Source of the DNA: an uncultured Bacteroidaceae bacterium
GTDB taxonomy: Bacteria > Bacteroidota > Bacteroidia > Bacteroidales > GCA-2748055
NCBI GenBank assembly: GCA_964583445.1
Contig: CAZOXI010000001.1
Coordinates: 1 to 45,106, forward strand
Length of the DNA: 45,106 bases
Direction of reading: 5' to 3'
The translations under genes were made by a program, and so were the position numbers. The notes below the pieces were generated by a model, which saw only the letters and a list, made by a program, of their open reading frames with translations, had not been told where the DNA came from and made no database searches. Shown here piece after piece: positions 39,747 through 45,106 of this stretch; position 1 is the first letter of the stretch; each line of letters opens with the position of its first letter.

Positions 39747-40385
39747 ATGAGAGGTAAGGTGCGCAACATACAATTTCGCATCGCAGGACTGATGCTCCTG
39801 TTCGTGCTGGCCGTTCCGGGTTGCCTGAAGGAACTCCCGGATGAACTGCCCACGGAGTATACATGGGAGCCCCTGTTTGCTTTTCCCATCGGGGAGGCTG
39901 ATTTTGGACTGAAGATACCACATGGATTTGATACATCGTTGCTGCGGGTCGATACTGCTTCCGGATTTCCCAGATGGGCGATCCTGGAATCGATCCCGTT
40001 GGCAGGTGGCGTTGACTTTGATTTTGAAAGGGTACTCGGTAAACGGGAAGAGATCAATATGGTATTGCTCCGGGTGAATACCTATAACGGTTTCCCGATC
40101 GAGGTGGAAATCCAGGCCTACCTGGAGGATGGAGGAGGTGAAGTACTTGATTCCCTGTTCGACCCGAGGATGATCATGCAGAAGGGGGTTTTGCAGGGTG
40201 GTGGCAAGACATTGCAGGCCACACATACCCAGGAGGAGGTTATTTTTGACGAGGAACGGTTGGATTTATTGCTGCAATCAAAGCGAATTACCTTCAAAGG
40301 AGAGCTGAACAGTGTCCCCTATTTCCCCGAATATACTTTTAAAGTGCAAATGGGTGCGGTGCTTGGGATTGTTTCGGATCTCTGA
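39747..40385 (+). CDS. hypothetical lipoprotein
   Basis: Signal peptide with lipobox LFVLAVPGC and no other recognisable motif. The first ATG is at 39747; the track's 39738 start is a TTG. Confidence 0.6.
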   Translation: MRGKVRNIQFRIAGLMLLFVLAVPGCLKELPDELPTEYTWEPLFAFPIGEADFGLKIPHGFDTSLLRVDTASGFPRWAILESIPLAGGVDFDFERVLGKREEINMVLLRVNTYNGFPIEVEIQAYLEDGGGEVLDSLFDPRMIMQKGVLQGGGKTLQATHTQEEVIFDEERLDLLLQSKRITFKGELNSVPYFPEYTFKVQMGAVLGIVSDL

Positions 40386-40415
40386 TCTCTCAACCTGCCT
40401 TGCTGCCAACTTATT

Positions 40416-41882
40416 TTGAATGGAACTTTGACAAAAGGTATACGAACATATGGCCATCTGTTTCCGGCCGGGAAGGTAAAATTGCTTTTTCCAGGCGTGC
40501 TGTTTCTGTTCCTTGCTGTTTCCTTGCATGCACAACAGTCCAATACCCTGTTCCTGTTGCACTCCATACCACAGTCCAACCAGCTGAACCCGGCTGTACA
40601 ACTGAAATGCAAATGGTTCATCGGCATACCTTTGCTCAATACCATGCACGTGAATTACTCGAACTCTTCTTTTACTTACAACGACCTGTCCGATGGGACA
40701 GCGGTGGCACTTGATGATGTCTACAGCCGGCTGAACCGCATGAACATGATCTCCGCGGAAGCGATTGCCTACCCGGTTTCACTCGGATACAGGGACGGGA
40801 CCAATTATTACACCTTTTCGATAGCGGACAGGTTCACGACCTACCATTCCTTTTCGAAGAAAATGGCAAGTGTGTTGTTGTACGGAAACGCCCAGTTTAT
40901 CGGGGAAACAGCCAGGTTCAACAATACGCGCTTCAACGCCTCCTATTTCAGGCAATACAGCGCCGGCTGGTCATTAAGGTATGATCGGTTCACCACCTTC
41001 GGTGTGAGGGGGAAACTGCTGTTCGGCAAGGGCAGCCTGCATACGGGATCCTCCAGGGTCAGGCTCGGGACAGATATTGAAACATTTGCACTCAACATGA
41101 CCGGCGATGTGACTTTCAACAGCTCACTTCCCCTGGTGCTTACACAGAACAGCGCCGGTGCCATCACCGACATTCAGCTCCAGGAAGTGGATTATCTTTC
41201 GTTACTGATGAATCCCAGGAATGTCGGTCTTGCTGCAGACGTTGGCGTGATCCATTCTTACAGCAACAACATCACCCTCAGTGCAAGTCTCCTCGATGTT
41301 GGCGCGATTCTGTGGACCGATGATGTGTATAATATTGAGGCGGAAGTGGATTTTGTTTACGAGGGGGCCGGCGAGGGTACCGATTTTTCGGTTGCGGCGT
41401 ATTACCGCGACCTGTCGGATTCCATTGCCAGTGATATTATCTACGATGTTTCCACCCGTTCTTATGTATCGGCGCTTCCCACGCAGCTGATCCTTGGGGG
41501 ATCCTACCAGTACAATGAACACGTGTCGCTGGGAGCTGTGGTGCGCAATATGCTGGTAAACAGGCGGCTGTCATCTTCCCTGACCGCCTCGGTCAATGTT
41601 TCGCTGCTCGACCGGTTCCAGGGGAGCCTCAGCTGGTCGTACCTGAACAATACGCCCCTGAACGTGGGTGCCGGCCTGGCGTATACGGGACGGGGAATGC
41701 AGGTGTATGCAGTCACAGATAATTTCCTGGGCTTCTTCCGGCCACTGGATGTGCGGACCCTCAATTTCCGCTTTGGCATGAACCTGATGCTGGGTTGCCC
41801 TGTGAAATATAACAGGGACCCGGGCGACGAACGGTTCATGGTCCCGTGTCCACCGGGTGCACTGAAGAAAATTCGTAAATAG
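40416..41882 (+). CDS. outer-membrane beta-barrel protein, PorP/SprF-like (DUF5723-like)
   Basis: Signal peptide ending SLHAQQ, followed by ...SIPQSNQLNPAV, which resembles the PorP/SprF N-terminal signature. Alternating beta-strand pattern. TTG start with no in-frame ATG before the signal peptide. Confidence 0.5.
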   Translation: MNGTLTKGIRTYGHLFPAGKVKLLFPGVLFLFLAVSLHAQQSNTLFLLHSIPQSNQLNPAVQLKCKWFIGIPLLNTMHVNYSNSSFTYNDLSDGTAVALDDVYSRLNRMNMISAEAIAYPVSLGYRDGTNYYTFSIADRFTTYHSFSKKMASVLLYGNAQFIGETARFNNTRFNASYFRQYSAGWSLRYDRFTTFGVRGKLLFGKGSLHTGSSRVRLGTDIETFALNMTGDVTFNSSLPLVLTQNSAGAITDIQLQEVDYLSLLMNPRNVGLAADVGVIHSYSNNITLSASLLDVGAILWTDDVYNIEAEVDFVYEGAGEGTDFSVAAYYRDLSDSIASDIIYDVSTRSYVSALPTQLILGGSYQYNEHVSLGAVVRNMLVNRRLSSSLTASVNVSLLDRFQGSLSWSYLNNTPLNVGAGLAYTGRGMQVYAVTDNFLGFFRPLDVRTLNFRFGMNLMLGCPVKYNRDPGDERFMVPCPPGALKKIRK

Positions 41883-42055
41883 ACGGTAAGCCGGGATGCT
41901 GGCTGCATTCGCCGGATCACGAAAAAGTTACGTTCAGGGATCAGCTCCTGTCCGGGCATTACCTTTACATCGTGGAAATCCTGCAGGCAGGACCGGCGAA
42001 GCAGCTGTTTTCAGGACGGGCATTACCGGTGCATCAGTGGGAGCCCTGCGTCAGT

Positions 42056-44377
42056 TTATCGTGTTGGTTCGTAGAGCAGGGTATATTCAGAATTATACTC
42101 CGGGTACCCTTCAACCTCCAGCACCAGCTTGAACCTGTCGGTGTTCCATTTTGGCAGGATCCCCCTGGCGGTGGGACCCGCGAGGTTTTCATTTGGATTC
42201 AGGTCCCTGTGGTCCCAGTTCAACAGCACCAGTTCGCCGCTGCCTTCTGCAACAAGCTTCACGCGCACCCGTCCAGGGGGCAATGAGACATACCGGTCGT
42301 TCAGGATGAAGAGATCCGTTTCAAAGCGTTCTCCCTCGCGCCATTTCAGCTGACCAATCCGGGCACTTGCAAGCACCGGCCGGCACGCATCCCGCACTGC
42401 ATAGAAAGCAGGTTTCGGGATGTTGGGCCAGTTGACCAGGCTGGTGTTGGCCGCGGTAGGCCAGGGCTCGTTGAAGCTCCAGTTCAGGGCCATGCTGCTA
42501 TAGGGTTTCTGCCTGCGGGCTTCCTCGAACATATACTTATATCCTATGGACTGCAGCAACTGGCCATTTTCGACCAGCTCCTTCAGCGAGCGTGCTTCAC
42601 CGAAATAAACTTCGATGATGTCCTGCATCAGCCAGCCCTTTTCTCCATGGGCATTGAATGCATGGTGTTCCTCCCAGGCAGTGTTCGGACGTGGCGGCCA
42701 CAATTCCTCCCTGGGTATGATGGTCTCCAGCACATTAACAGCAGAGGGGGAGGGCAAACCGAATTTGATATATGCAGTGTGATGTGCACGTTCCATGCGG
42801 TCATGCACCTCTTCACCAGTATCCTTGTCCAGGAAGCGGTAGGGTCCGTGCGCCATGCCGGCCAGGGGCGACGTGTTCATAAAGGGTGTGTTGGGATCCA
42901 GTTCCAGGCAGAGGCTGTTCAGTTTCCGCAGTACCAGGGACTGTTCTGTCATTCCGGCGGGCGCATTGAATAATTCATCTCCCCCTGACCAGATTGCAAT
43001 GGAGGGATGATTGCGCAGGGCCTTGATGATGGAGACCGCTTCCTGCTCCAGGAGTTCCATGAATTCCGCTGTGGCCTGGTAGTGGTTCGCTGCCAATGGA
43101 AACTCCTGCCAGACCATGAGTCCTTTTTCGTCGCAGTCCCTGTAGAATGCTTCCTTGTTGACAATGCCGCCTCCCCATACGCGCAGCATATTGAAGTTGG
43201 CTTCCACGGCGCGGTCGGTAAGTTCGTCATAGCGCTCTTCTGAAATTATCCCGGGGAAGACCTCCGGGTTCACCCAGTTGGTCCCCTTGACAAAGACCTT
43301 ACGTCCGTTGATCACCAGCTGTGCCGGTGCCTTGCTGCGCGACACCAGGCTTCCTGCCGGTTCACTCCAGGCATCTTTATTCGATCTGCCATTGTTCCAA
43401 ACGTCTGCGCGATCTTTGCCTGTGTCATATCCACCTGCGTTCATCACCAGTTTCACTTCCCGGAAGCCGATATATTCTTCCTTGATCTGCAACAGTTCGT
43501 TTTCTGCATTTCTTACCTCCAGGGCGGAGTTGTAGAGGTAGGGTTCACCATGATCATGCGGCCACCAGAGCCTTACCTGTTCCAGCTGAGCAGTGATCTT
43601 CACCTGGTTGGAACCGGGTGTAATGATCTTGCTGGCAACTACCTGGTCATTCGCGTCCCTGATCTTCCAGATCACTTCCTGTCCCGGCAGGTTGGTTCCC
43701 GAGATATCCAGTTCGATCAGTGCACTGGTGAGCTCCTCGTTTAGCGTATAATGGATCAGCGCTTCTTTGATAAAAGATTCCTGCCTGATCTCCAGGAATG
43801 ATTCCTGCCAGATGCCAGAGGGGACTAGCCGCGGATGCATGTCTGATGAATAGCTGATCATCGGCTTCAGGCTTTGTGCGGCCTGTGAGCGGTCGGGAGA
43901 TGCTGGCTGCATTTTTGGTACCGGGTAGATGCGGACTTCCAGTACATTTTCCGCTTGCAGGTCGCCCGTGAGTTCCAGACTGACCGGGGTGAACATGCCT
44001 TTTTGGTGGAACAGCTCTTTGCCATTCAGAATGATATCGAATTCATAATCAATTCCCCCTGAAACAAAAAAGATACGGGCACCTTCATCTGTGGAGGGCC
44101 TCTCAAATTCAGTTTTGTAGGTGAAGGTCTGGTCCTCCATCCAGCCATAATCCTTCCAGTTGTCATCGAAATACCAGGTCCCATAGCCTTCCTCCCGTGC
44201 AATGTCCAGCTGGATGGCCCCGGGTACGGTGGCTTCAGCAACCTGGGTACGGGATCTTCCGGGACGGTTATATTCCAGTTCCCATTCGAGCTGGATCTTG
44301 TTTCTATAAGGAGAAAATTGCCCCTGGAGACCAGTGGAAATGGCCAGTATTGCGATTATGAGTGTTCTTGTAATCAT
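42056..44377 (-). CDS. glycoside hydrolase family 2 protein (beta-mannosidase / exo-glucosaminidase-like clade)
   Basis: Signal peptide, VINGRKVFVKGTNWV, MLRVWGGGIVNKEAFYRDCDEKGLMVWQEFPLA and IAIWSGGDE. Confidence 0.85.
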   Translation of the reverse strand: MITRTLIIAILAISTGLQGQFSPYRNKIQLEWELEYNRPGRSRTQVAEATVPGAIQLDIAREEGYGTWYFDDNWKDYGWMEDQTFTYKTEFERPSTDEGARIFFVSGGIDYEFDIILNGKELFHQKGMFTPVSLELTGDLQAENVLEVRIYPVPKMQPASPDRSQAAQSLKPMISYSSDMHPRLVPSGIWQESFLEIRQESFIKEALIHYTLNEELTSALIELDISGTNLPGQEVIWKIRDANDQVVASKIITPGSNQVKITAQLEQVRLWWPHDHGEPYLYNSALEVRNAENELLQIKEEYIGFREVKLVMNAGGYDTGKDRADVWNNGRSNKDAWSEPAGSLVSRSKAPAQLVINGRKVFVKGTNWVNPEVFPGIISEERYDELTDRAVEANFNMLRVWGGGIVNKEAFYRDCDEKGLMVWQEFPLAANHYQATAEFMELLEQEAVSIIKALRNHPSIAIWSGGDELFNAPAGMTEQSLVLRKLNSLCLELDPNTPFMNTSPLAGMAHGPYRFLDKDTGEEVHDRMERAHHTAYIKFGLPSPSAVNVLETIIPREELWPPRPNTAWEEHHAFNAHGEKGWLMQDIIEVYFGEARSLKELVENGQLLQSIGYKYMFEEARRQKPYSSMALNWSFNEPWPTAANTSLVNWPNIPKPAFYAVRDACRPVLASARIGQLKWREGERFETDLFILNDRYVSLPPGRVRVKLVAEGSGELVLLNWDHRDLNPNENLAGPTARGILPKWNTDRFKLVLEVEGYPEYNSEYTLLYEPTR

Positions 44378-44540
44378 AGCTTTCAGGTGTAAGACAAAAG
44401 TAGTGAAATGATTTGATATTGCAGGGAGAATACGGCGAAAGGCAAAAACCGCTCCCGGGATGAGGGACTTCGGCTGATGCCGGTGCCATTGCCGGATTGG
44501 AGAAAAGTGTTAATTTCATGTGATCATAAAACGATTGATT

Positions 44541-45106
44541 ATGAAAAATATTGGATTCCCACTGTTGCTGGTGTTGTGTTGCACCATGGTATTTTTTTCA
44601 TCCTGTAATAATGAAGTGCCCCGGGAGGCGGGACCTGATTTCAGCGGGGAGCTCACCCAGGAGGAGATTGACGGAGGGGTGATGACCCCGGAGATCCTGT
44701 GGAAATTCGGCAGGATCGGGGAACACAGGCTATCTCCCGATGGTAGGGTGGTGGTATATACAGTGACCCGCTACGATGCTGTTACGCAGGAAAAGGTAAC
44801 GGATCTTTTTATCATCACTGCAGCAGGGACCGACCTGTTGAAGCTGACCGAAAGTGACGGGTCACATTTTAATCCCAGGTGGAAGCCGGGCACCAGCAAG
44901 ATCGGCTATCTTTCCGATGCTTCAGGGGATGTGCAGCTGTGGGAAACGGATATCAACGGTGCGGAAAAGGTCCGGGTATCCGATGTGGAAGGCGGGATCA
45001 GCGGATTCGAATATTCCCCGGATGGCAGCCGCGTGTTGTATCTGAAGGAGGTTAAGTTCAGGGAGACCCCTGCAGAGCTGTATCCCGACCTGCCGGAGTC
45101 GAATGT
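44541..45106 (+). CDS. S9 family peptidase (prolyl oligopeptidase/acylaminoacyl-peptidase-like) lipoprotein, 3'-truncated by the window edge
   Basis: Absent from the ORF track because it runs off the window. MKNIGFPLLLVLCCTMVFFSSC lipobox, then a beta-propeller N-terminus (TPEILWKFGRIGEHRLSPDGRVVVYTVT...GFEYSPDGSRVLY). Confidence 0.8.
   Translation, partial: MKNIGFPLLLVLCCTMVFFSSCNNEVPREAGPDFSGELTQEEIDGGVMTPEILWKFGRIGEHRLSPDGRVVVYTVTRYDAVTQEKVTDLFIITAAGTDLLKLTESDGSHFNPRWKPGTSKIGYLSDASGDVQLWETDINGAEKVRVSDVEGGISGFEYSPDGSRVLYLKEVKFRETPAELYPDLPESN

Overview
This 45.1-kb window looks like a chromosomal segment of a Bacteroidota genome. Supporting signs are a T9SS C-terminal sorting domain, a TonB-dependent receptor with a CarboxypepD_reg N-terminus, GWxTD, DUF3127 and MnmD genes, a PorP/SprF-like barrel, and TAnnTTTG-type promoter motifs. 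Most of it is ordinary housekeeping or polysaccharide-use content: an AGCS symporter, RlmD, RlmB, an ABC-F ATPase, Lrp/AsnC, MscS, an FKBP isomerase, MnmD, three GH2 glycosidases including a LacZ-type enzyme, a sugar-1-kinase plus nucleotidyltransferase pair, a 7TMR-DISM histidine kinase, a BASS transporter, an SDR epimerase and an S9 peptidase. I found no rRNA, tRNA, CRISPR array, transposase or integrase. Two regions stand out. (1) Region 10.3-16.6 kb holds an ECF-type sigma factor and a periplasm-predicted TPR-CHAT (caspase-like) protease. The TPR half of that gene, together with an adjacent unannotated 38-aa double-glycine-leader peptide gene, forms a sharply AT-rich mosaic block. Next come about 680 nt of ORF-poor, purine-rich, GGA/GGAAC-dense sequence, a TPR anti-sigma-like protein, and a histidine kinase interrupted by an in-frame TAG. 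I consider this the best candidate for an undescribed system: a peptide-sensing switch in which the CHAT protease gates the ECF sigma factor. (2) Region 24.7-30.7 kb is a 5.7-kb phytate-acquisition islet (T9SS cargo protein, TonB-dependent receptor, beta-propeller phytase). It is bracketed by perfect 92-bp direct repeats made of the 5' end of an EamA transporter gene. All functional calls rest on motif recognition by eye; no database search was run.
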